Counted from the stretch's first letter, positions 28,284 through 39,802 are shown. The stretch: 64,000 nucleotides of DNA from an uncultured Alphaproteobacteria bacterium (GCA_937967795.1 CALBSK010000086.1:1333-65332), one strand, 5' to 3'. Numbers and translations are program-made. Notes: generated from the sequence alone by a model not told the origin.

Positions 28284-28986
28284 AGCGTGAAGAGTTAAAA
28301 TTTATCCGATGGGTAATTGTAATAGCTTTTGGGCTTACCTCGCAAGCATAGACAAGAGGCTGAACCCCATTTTTAAAGGCATTTCGTGTTTCTTGGCCAT
28401 ATAAGGAATCAATATCATCCGCAATTTCAAATCCTTCACAATCATTTCTTTGAACAATATAAACAATATAAGCCTTATGGCCTTGATGTTTCATTTCGGC
28501 AAGCTCACGCATATGTTTTGTTCCGCGCGTTGTCACAGAGCTCGGAAAGGCGGCATTTATTCCTCTTTTTAAGTGAACGTTTTTTACTTCCACATAGGTT
28601 AAAGGTTTAAAAGGATCTTCTAACAAAAAATCAATACGGGAATTTTTGCCGTAAGGGACCTCTCGTCGAAGAATTTGATATCCCTGAAGTTCTTGAATGA
28701 TGCCTGCACGAAGGGCTTCTTCGACGAGATCATTGGGATTTGAGGTATTGACGCCTACAAAAGTCCCATCGACTTTAGCCATTTGCCATGTATAAGGAAG
28801 CTTACGTGAGAGGTTTGTGGATAAGGATGCCCACACGGGTGTTCCTGCATGTGTAAGACCTTGCATAGCCCCTGAGTTTGGGCAATGGGCTGTGATGAAC
28901 GTTCCATCTTCAAGTTCAATATCAGCTAAAAACCGCTTATAACGCTTTAAAAGATATCCCTTGAGAAGTGGCTTTGGAAAGATCAT
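28276..28986 (-). CDS. sfsA: Sugar fermentation stimulation protein SfsA (DNA/RNA nuclease-like)
   Basis: 236 aa. N-terminus LLKRYKRFLADIELEDG..ITAHCPNSGAM is canonical for SfsA. Confidence 0.88.
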   Translation of the reverse strand: MIFPKPLLKGYLLKRYKRFLADIELEDGTFITAHCPNSGAMQGLTHAGTPVWASLSTNLSRKLPYTWQMAKVDGTFVGVNTSNPNDLVEEALRAGIIQELQGYQILRREVPYGKNSRIDFLLEDPFKPLTYVEVKNVHLKRGINAAFPSSVTTRGTKHMRELAEMKHQGHKAYIVYIVQRNDCEGFEIADDIDSLYGQETRNAFKNGVQPLVYACEVSPKAITITHRINFNSSRYD

Positions 28987-28987
28987 T

Positions 28988-30112
28988 TTATATCACTTTT
29001 TGATAAGCCCAATTTATCCAGGGGAGAAGAGCCTGAATGTCTGTTGTTTCAACCATAGGTCCTCCCCAAAGGCGCAAAGAAGGCACAGACCGAATATGCC
29101 CTAAGATATCAAAAGCAACTCCTTCTTCTTCTAAAAGAGTTGCAATGGCTTTTGGCAATTCCCAATCTTCTGGAGCTTCTTTAAAACGCAAACAGATAGA
29201 AGTGGAGGAACGATAGCGTGGATTCTGTGCGACAAAATCAATCCAAGGTGTTTCAGCCACCCATTCTTCTACGACCTTTAAATTGGCTTGAGAGCGGGCG
29301 ATAAGAAAAGGAAGACTCCCTAAACTTATGCACCAGCTTAAAGCATCAATACAATCCTCAATACACAAAAGAGAAGGTGTATTGACGGTCATTCCTTCAA
29401 AAATTTCTTTGGAAAACTTTCCTTCATGGGCTAATCGAAAGATGCGGGGAACAGGCCAGGAAGGAATATAAGAATTAAGACGATCAATTGCTCGTGGGCT
29501 TAGAACAAGCATGCCGTGAGCGGCTTCTCCTCCTAAAGCTTTTTGCCATGAAAAAGCAACAGCATCCATTTTTTCCCAGGGAAAGGGTATTGCAAAAAGA
29601 GAGGATGTTGCATCACAAATAACAAGCCCTTTTCTGTCTGAGGAAATCCAATTTCCGTTAGGTATAGAGACACCCGTTGTCGTTCCGTTCCAGGTGAAGA
29701 CAAGGTCATGAGAAGGATTAATCCCCGAAAAATCTGGAAGAAAACCCGGAACAGCGTCAAAAACTCTGGTATTTTGAAGCCTCAACTCATGACATCCATC
29801 ATGAACCCAGAGCTCTCCAAAAACATCAAAGGTCAGGAAATCGACGGGAAGAGGCCCCAGAAGAGACCAAAGAGCCGCTTCCATAGCTCCCGTACAAGAA
29901 GCAGGCAGCAGCGCCACATCATATCGATCAGGAATTTCGAGAACATCTCGCGTAAGAGTGATTAGATGACGAATACGCTCAATTCCATAAGAAGATCGGT
30001 GAGAACGTCCTAATGATGAGAGATTGAGGTTTTTACAAGCCCAATCGGGTCGTTTTCTCGTTGGTCCTGAAGAAAAGAGAGGATTTTCTGGTTTTACAAA
30101 GGGCCGCATCAC
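28988..30112 (-). CDS. serC: Phosphoserine aminotransferase (short alpha-type SerC)
   Basis: 374 aa with PLFSSGPTRKRPDW at the N-terminus and the PLP-lysine context FSWQKALGGEAAHG. Confidence 0.8.
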   Translation of the reverse strand: MMRPFVKPENPLFSSGPTRKRPDWACKNLNLSSLGRSHRSSYGIERIRHLITLTRDVLEIPDRYDVALLPASCTGAMEAALWSLLGPLPVDFLTFDVFGELWVHDGCHELRLQNTRVFDAVPGFLPDFSGINPSHDLVFTWNGTTTGVSIPNGNWISSDRKGLVICDATSSLFAIPFPWEKMDAVAFSWQKALGGEAAHGMLVLSPRAIDRLNSYIPSWPVPRIFRLAHEGKFSKEIFEGMTVNTPSLLCIEDCIDALSWCISLGSLPFLIARSQANLKVVEEWVAETPWIDFVAQNPRYRSSTSICLRFKEAPEDWELPKAIATLLEEEGVAFDILGHIRSVPSLRLWGGPMVETTDIQALLPWINWAYQKVI

Positions 30113-30485
30113 TATTTTCTCAACTTAACGCTGATTTATATTCAAAGGGAAGAGATTCGTTCACGAATCAAGAATGAATCAGTTGTTAAGGAATTTAACA
30201 TTCCTGATGAGAAAACTCAACAATTTCTGTGAGGAGAGAATTTACAATGAAAAGGAGATTTTTAGAGGTTCTCTATCAAGTTTATTTATCTTTCCTGAAT
30301 GCTTTGAAAATGGCCAAAATACCATTGTTTTCCTAATCTGCTACAGAAAACGTTTGTAAAAAGAGAGAAATAATGGTAATTCCAGTAAGGAACATGGATA
30401 TGATACGCCTTTAATTTTCCAAAAAAATCTGGTCGTATTTTAAAAAAATCCTATTGCCCACTCATCAACAAGAGTCAAGTAGGGT

Positions 30486-31043
30486 ATGGTAAATCATAAA
30501 AAAAAAGCTTTATTTCTTGATCGTGACGGCGTCATCAACAAGTCTTATATTCATAATGGGCAACCCCACTCTCCTTGTCATGTGGAAGAATTTATTGTAC
30601 TTAATGACGTAAAAGATGCTTTAATCCTTAGCAAAAAAATGGGCTTTTTAAATATTATTGTAACAAACCAACCTAATGTAGCAAGGGGAAATCACTCTCT
30701 TGAAACTATGGAGCAAATGCACGAAATTATTAAAAGCAATTTAGTTATCGATGATATTTTTGTTTGTCTTCATTTAGATGAGGATGAATGTCAGTGTCGT
30801 AAGCCTTTGCCGGGAATGTTGCTTTCAGCTAAAATAAAATGGGATCTGGATTTTACAAAGAGTTTTCTTGTGGGAGATAGATGGAGGGATATAGAGGCTG
30901 CACAAGCAATAGGATGCGAGAGTTTTTGGATTGATTATGGCTACAATGAAAAGCAACCTCTTCCCCCCTACCATAAGGTAGGTTCACTGAAGGAAGCTGT
31001 TGAAAAAATACGCAAACTCTCCAGCAGCCGACTGTTAAAATAA
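30486..31043 (+). CDS. gmhB: HAD-IIIA phosphatase, D,D-heptose 1,7-bisphosphate phosphatase-like
   Basis: 185 aa with LFLDRDGVIN, VTNQP, Zn-site-like C..(D)ECQCRKP and VGDRWRDIEAA. Confidence 0.72.
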   Translation: MVNHKKKALFLDRDGVINKSYIHNGQPHSPCHVEEFIVLNDVKDALILSKKMGFLNIIVTNQPNVARGNHSLETMEQMHEIIKSNLVIDDIFVCLHLDEDECQCRKPLPGMLLSAKIKWDLDFTKSFLVGDRWRDIEAAQAIGCESFWIDYGYNEKQPLPPYHKVGSLKEAVEKIRKLSSSRLLK

Positions 31044-31130
31044 CTTATCCATGCATATTATATAAATTTTGTCTTTCCCAGAAGAACGTTGAGATAAAAT
31101 AATTTTTCGTGAAAGGTCAAAAAATAGGAC

Positions 31131-33074
31131 CTAAATCCCCGTTTGTGGCGCGGGGGAACCCTTCGAAGCTTTTTTTAAAGAAGGTTTTTTTGTTCTGGGA
31201 GATGTCTTTTTGCCGCCCGATGGAATGGAAGAAGACTTAGGAATTTCTGGACCTGAAGCGTATTTCATACGATCAAGTTTTCCTTCCTTTAGGAGCACAT
31301 TAATCTCATCTCCACTGAGAGTTTCAAATTCCAATAACGTTCTCGCAAGAAGCTCAAGATGATCACGGTACGTGGTGAGAATACTTTTTGCTTTTGCATA
31401 GGATTCTTCTACAATGCGTTTGATCTCTTCATCAATAAGCTGAGCTGTTGATTCAGAAACATTTTTATGCTGGGCCACTGAATGCCCAAGGAAAACTTCT
31501 TGCGTATTTTCACCATAGGTTATGGGGCCAAGCTTGTCGCTCATTCCCCATTCAGTAACCATGCGACGTGCCATTTGCGTCGCCATGCTTATATCAGAAG
31601 AAGCTCCCGTGGTTATCTTATTCGGGCCAAAAATCATCTCTTCAGCTATGCGCCCTCCCATAGCAACAGCCAGATCTGCATAAAGTCTCTCGCGGGACAT
31701 CGAAACACGATCTCCTTCTGGAAGACGCATGACCATACCTAACGCTCGTCCTCGAGGAATAATTGTTGCCTTATGAATGGGGTCTGAAGCAGGAGAATGA
31801 AAAGCTACCACAGCATGCCCCGACTCATGGTAAGCTGTAAGACGTTTTTCTTCTTCCGTCATGACCATTGAACGACGTTCACTTCCCATCATAACTTTAT
31901 CTTTTGCTTCCTCAAGTTCGGCCATAGATACGCTCCGACGATTACGACGTGCCGCAAGAAGAGCAGATTCATTAACAAGATTGGCTAAATCCGCACCCGA
32001 AAAACCAGGGGTTCCTCGTGCAATCACCTTAAGGTCTACATCATCGGTTAAAGGAACGTTACGTGCATGAACAGCAAGAATTTTTTCACGTCCTAAAACA
32101 TCAGGATTAGGAACAACAACTTGTCTATCAAAACGACCTGGCCTTAAGAGAGCGGGATCAAGAACATCGGGGCGATTCGTTGCTGCAATAAGAATAACCC
32201 CGTCATTTGCTTCGAATCCATCCATTTCGACAAGGAGCTGATTGAGAGTTTGCTCACGTTCATCATTTCCTCCCCCCAGACCGGCCCCTCTATGACGCCC
32301 CACAGCATCGATTTCATCAATAAAAATAATGCAAGGCGCATTCTTTTTTCCTTGCTCAAACAAGTCGCGGACACGGCTTGCGCCCACACCGACAAACATT
32401 TCGACGAAATCAGAACCTGAAATAGTGAAAAAGGGAACATTTGCCTCTCCAGCAATGGCACGGGCAAGAAGTGTTTTACCTGTCCCAGGAGGGCCTACCA
32501 GTAAAACGCCTCGAGGAATTTTCCCCCCCAGTCGTTGAAATTTCTGAGGATCCCGCAGAAATTCGACAACTTCTTCTAGCTCTTGCTTAGCTTCATCAAC
32601 GCCTGCAACATCCTTAAAAGTCACTTGCGTCGCTTTATCATCTAAAAGTCGCGCTTTAGACTTTCCAAAGCCCATGGCTTTGTTTCCTCCGGCCTGCATT
32701 TGCCGCATAAAAAAAATCCAAACTCCAATAAGTAAAATCATGGGAAGCCAAGAAATAAGAACTTGGAAGAAAGTAGGCATTTCTTCCTCAATGGGAGCGG
32801 CTTTAATTCGCACATTACTTTCTAAAAGTCGGTCAACAAGATGGGTATCATGGGGTGGAACAACAGAGGAGAAGGTACTTCCATCGGTTAAGTGCCCGCT
32901 AATTAAATCGCCTCGGATAAGAACTTCTTGAACTCGACCTTCTTTAGCATCTTGCAAAAGGGTCGAATAATCGATGGTGGTGTGTTGCCTTTGAGAAGGA
33001 GGAGATTGGAATAAGTTAAAAACGGCCACTAAAAAAAGTCCAATAATAATCCATAGGGCTAAATTACGGTTCAT
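31131..33074 (-). CDS. ftsH: ATP-dependent zinc metalloprotease FtsH
   Basis: 647 aa. Two N-terminal TM helices, AAA motifs [11 protein letters not shown] and IIFIDEIDA, the SRH, and zinc site HESGHAV. K/S/P-rich C-terminal tail. Confidence 0.96.
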   Translation of the reverse strand: MNRNLALWIIIGLFLVAVFNLFQSPPSQRQHTTIDYSTLLQDAKEGRVQEVLIRGDLISGHLTDGSTFSSVVPPHDTHLVDRLLESNVRIKAAPIEEEMPTFFQVLISWLPMILLIGVWIFFMRQMQAGGNKAMGFGKSKARLLDDKATQVTFKDVAGVDEAKQELEEVVEFLRDPQKFQRLGGKIPRGVLLVGPPGTGKTLLARAIAGEANVPFFTISGSDFVEMFVGVGASRVRDLFEQGKKNAPCIIFIDEIDAVGRHRGAGLGGGNDEREQTLNQLLVEMDGFEANDGVILIAATNRPDVLDPALLRPGRFDRQVVVPNPDVLGREKILAVHARNVPLTDDVDLKVIARGTPGFSGADLANLVNESALLAARRNRRSVSMAELEEAKDKVMMGSERRSMVMTEEEKRLTAYHESGHAVVAFHSPASDPIHKATIIPRGRALGMVMRLPEGDRVSMSRERLYADLAVAMGGRIAEEMIFGPNKITTGASSDISMATQMARRMVTEWGMSDKLGPITYGENTQEVFLGHSVAQHKNVSESTAQLIDEEIKRIVEESYAKAKSILTTYRDHLELLARTLLEFETLSGDEINVLLKEGKLDRMKYASGPEIPKSSSIPSGGKKTSPRTKKPSLKKASKGSPAPQTGI

Positions 33075-33110
33075 GGGATGCTGTTCTCACGTTAGAAATA
33101 ATGTAATATT

Positions 33111-34373
33111 TTATATAGTAAATCTTAACGAATCGTGAAAGAAGGGCTTTAAATAAAAAAACCTTTGTAAATCCACTTCACTGGTTAAATTGTAACAGAA
33201 GTGGGGAATAGAAACAACCTCTCCCTTCGTCCAAAGAGCAGGAAGTGTGGGGAAAACGGAAGAAGGAATAGGAGAATCTCCTTTTTTTCTTAAAAGAGGA
33301 AATGCTTTCAAGGGAGCAATGTACGTTTCAGGTGGAACATGTTTTTTAATCTCAGGATCAATCCAAAAACGCTGATCCCAAAGGGTTTCCTTGTGTAAAT
33401 GGGAAAGATTAAAGTTTTCTTTAATGGCAGAAACTTCACGCAAGAGTAGAATTTTCTCTGATTGGGGAATCCAATAAATTCCTCCTGCTGTAAAAGGAAA
33501 AGATAACTTCAGCTTGCCTAAAATGGTTGTGACTTGAGTGGCACGGGAAGAATAATTCATGTCTGAAAACCAATGCATAAGAAGAGGAATAAGTCTTTTT
33601 GCAAGGGCGGGATGTAATTCTTCGAAAGATTTTTTTTGGAGTGTAAGATACCCTCCCTCACACAGCTGAACGGATGTCTTTATGATGTGCTGAAGGGAAT
33701 TACGAATAAAGTCGACATCAACTTGAAGTTTTTCCATAATATTAAAAAGACGGATTTGTGAAAGCCCCTCTTTTTCCAAAAAAGAACGCAATCGCCCTCT
33801 AAAAAACCGAGGATTTTGATTACTGGGATCTTCAATCCATATATGATTTTCTGCGAGCAACGTAGCTTTCAGTCGCTCTTTGGGAAATTTGAGAAGAGGG
33901 CGAAGCAAAACAATCCCTTCTCGAAAACTCTTCTTTTTCATCCCTGAAAGACCATCAAGCCCGCTTCCTGAGGAAAGGCGCAACCAAAAAGTTTCTTCTT
34001 GATCTTGTTGATGGTGACCTAAAAGAAGAGTGGAAATATGGTTGTTTTTACACCAGTTTATTAAACACTGATAACGGGCCTCTCGTGCTTTTTCTTGAAG
34101 GCGAGAAGTGGGTTTTTCACCTTCCCATTTCAAAGTTATATGCTCAATACCTTCTTTGTAAGCCCACTTCTGGACAAACAAAGCTTCTTTTTTTGATTCA
34201 ATTCTAAGACCGTGATCAACAGTCAAACCAATTACTCGGCCTTTTTTTTGTTGTGCCCATCTATGAGTAAGAAGCAAGAGGGCCAAACTATCTGCCCCTC
34301 CCGAGGTAGCCACAGCAATCGGAAAAGTTACCTCTCCTAAAGACGCTTCAAATTCAGGCAGGGTAATTTTCAT
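33111..34373 (-). CDS. tilS: tRNA(Ile)-lysidine synthase
   Basis: PP-loop SGGADSLAL near the N-terminus. The ATG at 34373 (MKITLPEF) is preferred over the ORF-track start at 34427. Confidence 0.85.
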   Translation of the reverse strand: MKITLPEFEASLGEVTFPIAVATSGGADSLALLLLTHRWAQQKKGRVIGLTVDHGLRIESKKEALFVQKWAYKEGIEHITLKWEGEKPTSRLQEKAREARYQCLINWCKNNHISTLLLGHHQQDQEETFWLRLSSGSGLDGLSGMKKKSFREGIVLLRPLLKFPKERLKATLLAENHIWIEDPSNQNPRFFRGRLRSFLEKEGLSQIRLFNIMEKLQVDVDFIRNSLQHIIKTSVQLCEGGYLTLQKKSFEELHPALAKRLIPLLMHWFSDMNYSSRATQVTTILGKLKLSFPFTAGGIYWIPQSEKILLLREVSAIKENFNLSHLHKETLWDQRFWIDPEIKKHVPPETYIAPLKAFPLLRKKGDSPIPSSVFPTLPALWTKGEVVSIPHFCYNLTSEVDLQRFFYLKPFFHDSLRFTI

Positions 34374-34526
34374 GGAAAAATCTAGAGTTAATATGAATGA
34401 AAATGGGATATACCTCTCCTCGGCCATCCCGAATTTGTTTCGGGATCTTCTTGGAAAGGAAATTCTGAATCCTCCCTTCGTAGGCTTCAGGATGACGACG
34501 TGATGCGTTATTTAAGATTTGTTTCA

Positions 34527-35609
34527 CTAAGTCATCTCCCCAAGTTCAGCAAGCCGACTTGCTTGATCTTCGGAAATTAAGGATTGAACCATCTCATCAA
34601 GAGCACTCCCATCTATAATCCGATCAAGTTTATAAAGGGTAAGGTTAATCCTATGATCTGTGACTCGTCCTTGGGGAAAGTTATAGGTCCGTATACGTTC
34701 TGAACGGTCCCCACTCCCCACTTGACTTTTACGACTAGCTGCCCGTTCAGCTGCCTTTTGAGCTCGCTGGTGTTCATAAAGACGGGCTCGAAGAATTTTA
34801 AGAGCCTTTGCCTTATTCTTATGTTGTGATTTTTCATCTTGTTGTTGAACGACAACGCCTGTAGGAATGTGAGTGATGCGGACGGCACTATCGGTTGTAT
34901 TTACTGACTGCCCACCGGGTCCACTTGAACGAAAAACGTCAATTCGTAAATCTTTTTCCTCAATATGAATATCGACATCTTCAGCTTCGGGCAAAACAGC
35001 AACAGTTGCAGCTGATGTATGAATACGCCCCCCCGTTTCGGTTTCCGGAACACGTTGAACACGATGCACACCTGACTCAAACTTAAGCTTTGCAAAGACG
35101 CCCTTGCCAGAGATAGAGGCCGAGGCTTCCTTAATTCCTCCAAGGCCTGTATCACTTTCATGCATGAGCTCAAAACGCCATCCTTGAATCTCAGCATATC
35201 TTTGATACATGCGGAGAAGATCAGCTGCAAAAAGAGCGGCTTCCTCTCCTCCTGTGCCCGCGCGAATTTCTAAAATAGCGTTTCGATCATCATCCGCATC
35301 TTTAGGAAGTAAAAGGACTTGTATTTCATGCAAAAGCTCCAGGAGACGCGCATTAACATGTTGGAAATCTTCTTGAGCAAGATCTTTTAACTCTTTTTCC
35401 AATGTCGCATCCGCTAAAAGGTCTTCCAAATCCTTTTTTTCATCCGTGGAGGTTCGCCATTCTAAAATTTTTTCAGCAAGGGGAGTAAGATCAGAATATT
35501 CTTTGGAAAGCTTAGCGAATTCTGCAGGGTCTGCCATTGAAGACGAGAGATTTTCCCTTAACTCCTCAAAATGAGTTAAAACTTGATTGAGTTTTTGATC
35601 AAAATTCAC
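34527..35609 (-). CDS. prfA: Peptide chain release factor 1
   Basis: 360 aa. GGQ motif ([10 protein letters not shown]) and an RF1-type tripeptide context, [14 protein letters not shown]. Uninterrupted frame. Confidence 0.92.
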   Translation of the reverse strand: MNFDQKLNQVLTHFEELRENLSSSMADPAEFAKLSKEYSDLTPLAEKILEWRTSTDEKKDLEDLLADATLEKELKDLAQEDFQHVNARLLELLHEIQVLLLPKDADDDRNAILEIRAGTGGEEAALFAADLLRMYQRYAEIQGWRFELMHESDTGLGGIKEASASISGKGVFAKLKFESGVHRVQRVPETETGGRIHTSAATVAVLPEAEDVDIHIEEKDLRIDVFRSSGPGGQSVNTTDSAVRITHIPTGVVVQQQDEKSQHKNKAKALKILRARLYEHQRAQKAAERAASRKSQVGSGDRSERIRTYNFPQGRVTDHRINLTLYKLDRIIDGSALDEMVQSLISEDQASRLAELGEMT

Positions 35610-36862
35610 AAAACACCCTTATTTTTAAGCTGATGACAAATGTCATTTTGATAAAGCTGTGTTTGTTCTCCTGTATCTAAGTTTTTCAACGTCACTGTAT
35701 AAGAAGAAATTTCTTTTTCACCTAAAATTAAGGCATACTCGGCATTCATCTTATTCGCTTTTTTAAGACGCTTTCCTAAGCCACCCCCATATGTCATTTC
35801 CACCATATAACCTTCCTTACGCAGGGTTTGGGCTAATTCAAGCCCCTTCATATCAAAAGCTTCATCCATAGGAACAATCGCGAGAGGGCGCGCGGAGGAA
35901 AGAAGAGGGTCTTCCTGCAGCATCATTGCCATACGGTCAATACCGCCAGCCCATCCCACTCCAGGAATTGAGGGCCCTCCCATAGTGGCCATAAGGCTAT
36001 CATAACGTCCCCCAGCAAGTACGGTTCCTTGTGATCCAAGTTCTGTGGTCGTAAATTCAAAGGCAATATGGCAATAATAATCAAGCCCCCGCACAAGATG
36101 GGGATTAAGCTGAAAGGGGATCTGTAAGCTTTTGAGTCCTTCTTGAATTTTCAAAAAAATCTCTTGAGAAAAAGGAGTCAAACTTTCTGTGAGGAGAGGA
36201 GCCCCTTTTAAAATCTTTTTATCCCCTTCATCTTTGGTATCCAAAATTCTCAAAGGATTTCGATCCAGACGAAGCTGACTTTCGGGTGAGAGATGGGCAT
36301 GGTGATCTCTCAGATAAGAAACTAAATGATGCCGATATCGTTTCCGACTTTCATCATCACCCAGAGTATTCATCTCTAGGATAACGCGGTGACTCAATTT
36401 TAAGGCTTTCAAAATCTCAAAAGCGAGAGCAATAACTTCAACATCTCCTACAGGATCAGATACGCCAAAAAGTTCAGCGCCAATTTGATGAAGTTGTCGC
36501 AAACGTCCTTTTTGAGGGCGCTCATAGCGAAACATGGGGCCTGCATAAAAAAATTTCAAAGGCAAAGATTGAGTAAGACCGTTGGAAATGACGGCACGAA
36601 CAATCCCAGCTGTTCCTTCAGGCCTAAGGACGATCTCTTCATCTCCTCGATCAGCAATCTCATACATTTCTTTTGTGACAATGTCCGATACATCACCTAA
36701 GGTGCGCTTAAAAACATCTTTAAATTCCATAATAGGTGTTGCCATTTCAGCAAAACCATATTGAGCTGCTAGTTGTCGTGCCGTATTAATAACATAAGAA
36801 AATTTTTGGTGCTCTTGGGGTAAGAGATCATGCATTCCTCGAACAGGCTGTAAAATTGTCAT
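35606..36862 (-). CDS. hisS: Histidine--tRNA ligase
   Basis: 418 aa with class II motifs (..[10 protein letters not shown].., RGLDYY, GGRYD) and a C-terminal anticodon-binding domain. Overlaps prfA by 4 nt. Confidence 0.92.
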   Translation of the reverse strand: MTILQPVRGMHDLLPQEHQKFSYVINTARQLAAQYGFAEMATPIMEFKDVFKRTLGDVSDIVTKEMYEIADRGDEEIVLRPEGTAGIVRAVISNGLTQSLPLKFFYAGPMFRYERPQKGRLRQLHQIGAELFGVSDPVGDVEVIALAFEILKALKLSHRVILEMNTLGDDESRKRYRHHLVSYLRDHHAHLSPESQLRLDRNPLRILDTKDEGDKKILKGAPLLTESLTPFSQEIFLKIQEGLKSLQIPFQLNPHLVRGLDYYCHIAFEFTTTELGSQGTVLAGGRYDSLMATMGGPSIPGVGWAGGIDRMAMMLQEDPLLSSARPLAIVPMDEAFDMKGLELAQTLRKEGYMVEMTYGGGLGKRLKKANKMNAEYALILGEKEISSYTVTLKNLDTGEQTQLYQNDICHQLKNKGVL

Positions 36863-36898
36863 TTGTTTCGCAAAATTGTAATGTATTTATTCTTTTAG

Positions 36899-37729
36899 TT
36901 AATGAGTCTCGGGAAGTTGTTCAACCCATTTTTCAGGATCAAGAGAAATATTGCTTCTAATGGTTCCCGCGTTTTCCGGAAAAGAGAGGATTTTGTTTCC
37001 ATAGATGAGCACCGTTCCTTTCGCATTACCTGTTTTTAAGATAAGATCATGAGGGTTTTCAAACTCGTAATTTTCTCCCGGTTGAAAAAGGCGCTTTAAA
37101 ATAACGTTCTCTTTTTGATCTTTAACTTCTATCCACGCTTCTTCCGTAACTTTCAAAAGAACCGACGAAGGAGGAAGGATTGATGGGTGTTCTGTCAGAG
37201 AGGGACCCATTTCGGTTGGAGCAGAAGTTTGAAGATGTTCTTCTCGCAAAGGAACGAGATTAGGTGCACGTACTTTTGTGTTAAAAATGGATTGGTCTTC
37301 CTTTCTTTTTTCCTTTTTAGAGATATATTTGGGTAAATTGAAATATCCAAACCATTCCCACCCCAGGCAGAGGGCAATAAAAGCAAAAAGAGAAAAGGAA
37401 AAAATACGAAAATGAGGCAACTTCTTATGCGGAAGAGGGGTGGGAAAAGGAGGAGAAGAAGTCGACGGATGAAGAGTAACTTTTTTGAACCTTTTAATAA
37501 GATCCTTTTCATCTAAGTTGAGGTATTGAGCATAAGATTTTAAAAATCCTAAGGTATATACATCACAGACAAGATCTTTTTGATCTTCTTCAAGATGACT
37601 CAAGTGGCGTTTATTAATACGCAATTTTTTTGCGATCTCTTCAAGTGTTAAACTTCTTGACAGACGTGCTGATTTTAAAATCTGTCCTACCGAAGGGATC
37701 GTATTTTCTTGTAATGTATTTTCTAGCAT
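36899..37729 (-). CDS. rodZ: RodZ-like cytoskeleton protein (HTH + TM + DUF4115)
   Basis: 276 aa. N-terminal XRE-type HTH (LTLEEIAKKLRINKRHLSHLE), one central TM helix, and a C-terminal DUF4115-like beta domain. Confidence 0.65.
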   Translation of the reverse strand: MLENTLQENTIPSVGQILKSARLSRSLTLEEIAKKLRINKRHLSHLEEDQKDLVCDVYTLGFLKSYAQYLNLDEKDLIKRFKKVTLHPSTSSPPFPTPLPHKKLPHFRIFSFSLFAFIALCLGWEWFGYFNLPKYISKKEKRKEDQSIFNTKVRAPNLVPLREEHLQTSAPTEMGPSLTEHPSILPPSSVLLKVTEEAWIEVKDQKENVILKRLFQPGENYEFENPHDLILKTGNAKGTVLIYGNKILSFPENAGTIRSNISLDPEKWVEQLPETH

Positions 37730-37870
37730 AGTTTTTATACTTTTTTATCTCCCACACCCACTTAACATGGATTTTAAAGTACAATACCAGCTCTTTCATC
37801 GAAAAAACAAGCGAATTGATTTTAAACTTGGTTTACTTTCTGAGAACTTTTGGTATGGTGAAGACTTCAT

Positions 37871-37947
37871 GCGCCCTTAGCTCAGCTGGATAGAGCGTCG
37901 GCCTTCTAAGCCGCAGGTCGCAGGTTCGAATCCTGCAGGGCGCGCCA
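37871..37947 (+). tRNA. tRNA-Arg (anticodon TCT)
   Basis: 77 nt: GCGCCCTTAGCTCAGCTGGATAGAGC..CTTCTAA loop..GGTTCGAATCCTGC..AGGGCGCGCCA. Canonical cloverleaf with encoded CCA. Confidence 0.93.
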
Positions 37948-38108
37948 TCGTCATCTGGTCCGCACTGAGGACATAGGTGACAGTTTTTTTTGAACGGGTT
38001 GTCTGGTCGACCGTTAAAAATGAAAAATCAGAAAGAGAGTAGAGAAAAAAATTCTGCTAAGGGAAGTGGAATTTTTTTTATGGTCTAGAAATGGGGAGAA
38101 ATTATGGA

Positions 38109-38477
38109 TTAGGCGGCTAATGTAGCTGTGATTTGACGGAAATTAAACCCGATTGAGGCAAGGATAGCATTGATTTCATCGCCTTTTCGGCCTTTCAGAT
38201 AATTTCTCCGCAAGAGGCCGTCGTTTTTGGTATGACTTATGATGGGCTCAATAACGGCACGACGCTTGATATCTTGCTTAATGGCTTGTGTTACACCTCT
38301 TTTTTGCCCGGATTGAAAGACCTTGCTCCATGGCTCTTCCCATTTAGGCTCCTTATAACCTTTATCCACAATAAAGCGCTCTGGCAACCTGCCAATGATT
38401 TCTTCAATATTTTCTCCTGCCTTTGACAGAGTATGGCCATCATAGAGACGACCATGGATGGCTTCTATCTGAACTTG
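38109..38477 (-). pseudogene. IS5-family transposase remnant (C-terminal third only)
   Basis: Minus-strand frame reads ..QVQIEAIHGRLYDGHTLSKAGENIEEIIGRLPERFIVDKGYKE...RRAVIEPIISHTKNDGLLRRNYLKGRKGDEINAILASIGFNFRQI, the conserved DDE C-terminal block of IS5-group transposases. The N-terminal two-thirds are absent. Confidence 0.7.
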
Positions 38478-38478
38478 C
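38462..38478 (-). repeat. Dispersed repeat core, copy 4 (reverse orientation; GCAAGTTCAGATAGAAG on the minus strand)
   Basis: Plus strand CTTCTATCTGAACTTGC is the exact reverse complement of 21228-21244. It sits exactly at the truncated 5' edge of the IS5 remnant. Confidence 0.8.
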
Positions 38479-38648
38479 CTATTTGAATTGAGTTAATCTC
38501 CCCTTATCAAGCTAGTGTTGAGAGAATGAAGGTGTTTACTTCAAAGAAGAGAGGGCAGATCCTCTTTGAGAGCTTGCCAAGATTCTTTTTTCATCTCCAA
38601 CGGAAAACTTAACAGCTAACATGAATTTTGAGGGAAGGTCTGAAATCC

Positions 38649-38677
38649 TTCATTTTCTTCAATGAAGGTTCTATAAT
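38649..38677 (+). promoter_or_regulatory. Candidate promoter for the methyltransferase gene
   Basis: TTCATT-N17-TATAAT (38649-38654 / 38672-38677), 45 nt upstream of the ATG at 38722. It overlaps an 8-bp hairpin (CCTTCATT/AATGAAGG). Pattern only. Confidence 0.3.
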
Positions 38678-38721
38678 ATTTTTACTCCGCTGTGATAAAA
38701 TAAAGCGGAAAGGATAATGAT

Positions 38722-39453
38722 ATGTGGCCTGATGTTATAGAGTTGCGAGATTTTTATACGACGCCTCTTGGGCATGTCGTCCGGCGAATGATTCGACGTA
38801 AAGTTCGCGAACTTTGGCCCGATGTTAAAGGGCGCCAGATGATGGCCCTTGGTTATCCGACTCCTTTCTTAAGATATTATCGGCAAGAAGCCCAGCGTCT
38901 TGTAGCCCTTATGCCTGCAGAACAAGGGGCCCTCTCGTGGTCAGGGGAAACACCCAATATTGTCGTTTTGACGGAGGAAAACCAGCTGCCTCTTGCGGAC
39001 AAATCCATAGATTTTGCGCTTGTTGCTCATGCTCTTGAGTTTACATCCAATCCGCGGGAGATGATTCGCGAAGTTTGGCGTGTTTTAGCCGATGGGGGAA
39101 GATTAATTCTGATTGTTCCCAATCGATCAGGAATTTGGGCACGTATCGAAAAAACCCCATTTGGACAAGGTCATCCCTATAGCCTTTTTCAACTCACTCA
39201 ATTTTTAAAGGAAAATACATTCACGCCTATCCGCGCTGAATCTGCTCTCTATATTCCGCCTTCTCAATCAAGGTTTTTTTTAACAACGGCTAGCGCTTGG
39301 GAAAAAATAGGCTACACGTGGTTTCGAAATCTTTCGGGCGTTCTCATTGTAGAGGCCACAAAACAAATTTACGCAGGAAATCCGGCGGAACAAATTATTT
39401 GGAAAGGAGAACTTAAACTTGCTAAGAAGCTCATTCTTCCCCTTAAGAATTGA
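38722..39453 (+). CDS. Class I SAM-dependent methyltransferase (Methyltransf_11-like)
   Basis: 243 aa with a conserved alphaproteobacterial N-terminus (MWPDVIELRDFYTTPLG) and the motif region DFALVAHALEF..NPREMIREVWRVLADGGRLILIVPN. Confidence 0.75.
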   Translation: MWPDVIELRDFYTTPLGHVVRRMIRRKVRELWPDVKGRQMMALGYPTPFLRYYRQEAQRLVALMPAEQGALSWSGETPNIVVLTEENQLPLADKSIDFALVAHALEFTSNPREMIREVWRVLADGGRLILIVPNRSGIWARIEKTPFGQGHPYSLFQLTQFLKENTFTPIRAESALYIPPSQSRFFLTTASAWEKIGYTWFRNLSGVLIVEATKQIYAGNPAEQIIWKGELKLAKKLILPLKN

Positions 39454-39505
39454 GGTAACCCTTTAAGGGCTAAAAGTGTTTTTAGATAAGGACTTATAAA
39501 AGAAG

Positions 39506-39802
39506 ATGATTATATTCGATTCATTTAACGTTTTTTATGATTGGTTCCCCGATGTGATGGGTTGTGTCGGTGCGATTATTATTTTGATTGCTTATGCTTT
39601 ACTTCAAATGGGGAAATTGGACTCAAACAGCCTTCTTTATTCTTTGTTAAACTTAGGGGGCGCCGTTATGATTCTCATCTCATTATTGTATTCCTGGAAT
39701 CTGGCGGCTGCGATTATGGAAATAACCTGGATAATAGTGAGTCTTTATGGCGTCTTGAAGGGGTTCTTTGTAAAAAAGATAAGTCTTCCTGAGAATTTTT
39801 GA
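39506..39802 (+). CDS. Small three-helix membrane protein (family uncertain)
   Basis: 98 aa with three hydrophobic helices (..VGAIIILIAYALL.., ..LLNLGGAVMILISLLY.., ..AIMEITWIIVSLYGVL..). No catalytic motif. Confidence 0.5.
   Translation: MIIFDSFNVFYDWFPDVMGCVGAIIILIAYALLQMGKLDSNSLLYSLLNLGGAVMILISLLYSWNLAAAIMEITWIIVSLYGVLKGFFVKKISLPENF

Noticed and set aside
30174-30359. 61-aa ORF in the 373-nt serC/gmhB divergent spacer.
   Set aside because: It has no RBS, an odd composition and no motifs. The spacer is more plausibly promoter and operator sequence, and it contains the GATTCG..CGAATC palindrome.
34527-35609. Checked the release-factor gene for a programmed +1 frameshift.
   Set aside because: The protein is RF1-type (PET tripeptide context, 360 aa) with an uninterrupted frame. 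The programmed frameshift is a feature of prfB, not prfA.
38362-38370. Perfect DnaA-box-like 9-mer TTATCCACA, considered as a hint of a replication origin near a strand-bias switch.
   Set aside because: It is a single copy and lies inside the IS5 remnant, where it encodes ..VDKG... One chance occurrence of a 9-mer in 128 kb of two-strand sequence is expected. There is no cluster of boxes and no AT-rich unwinding element.
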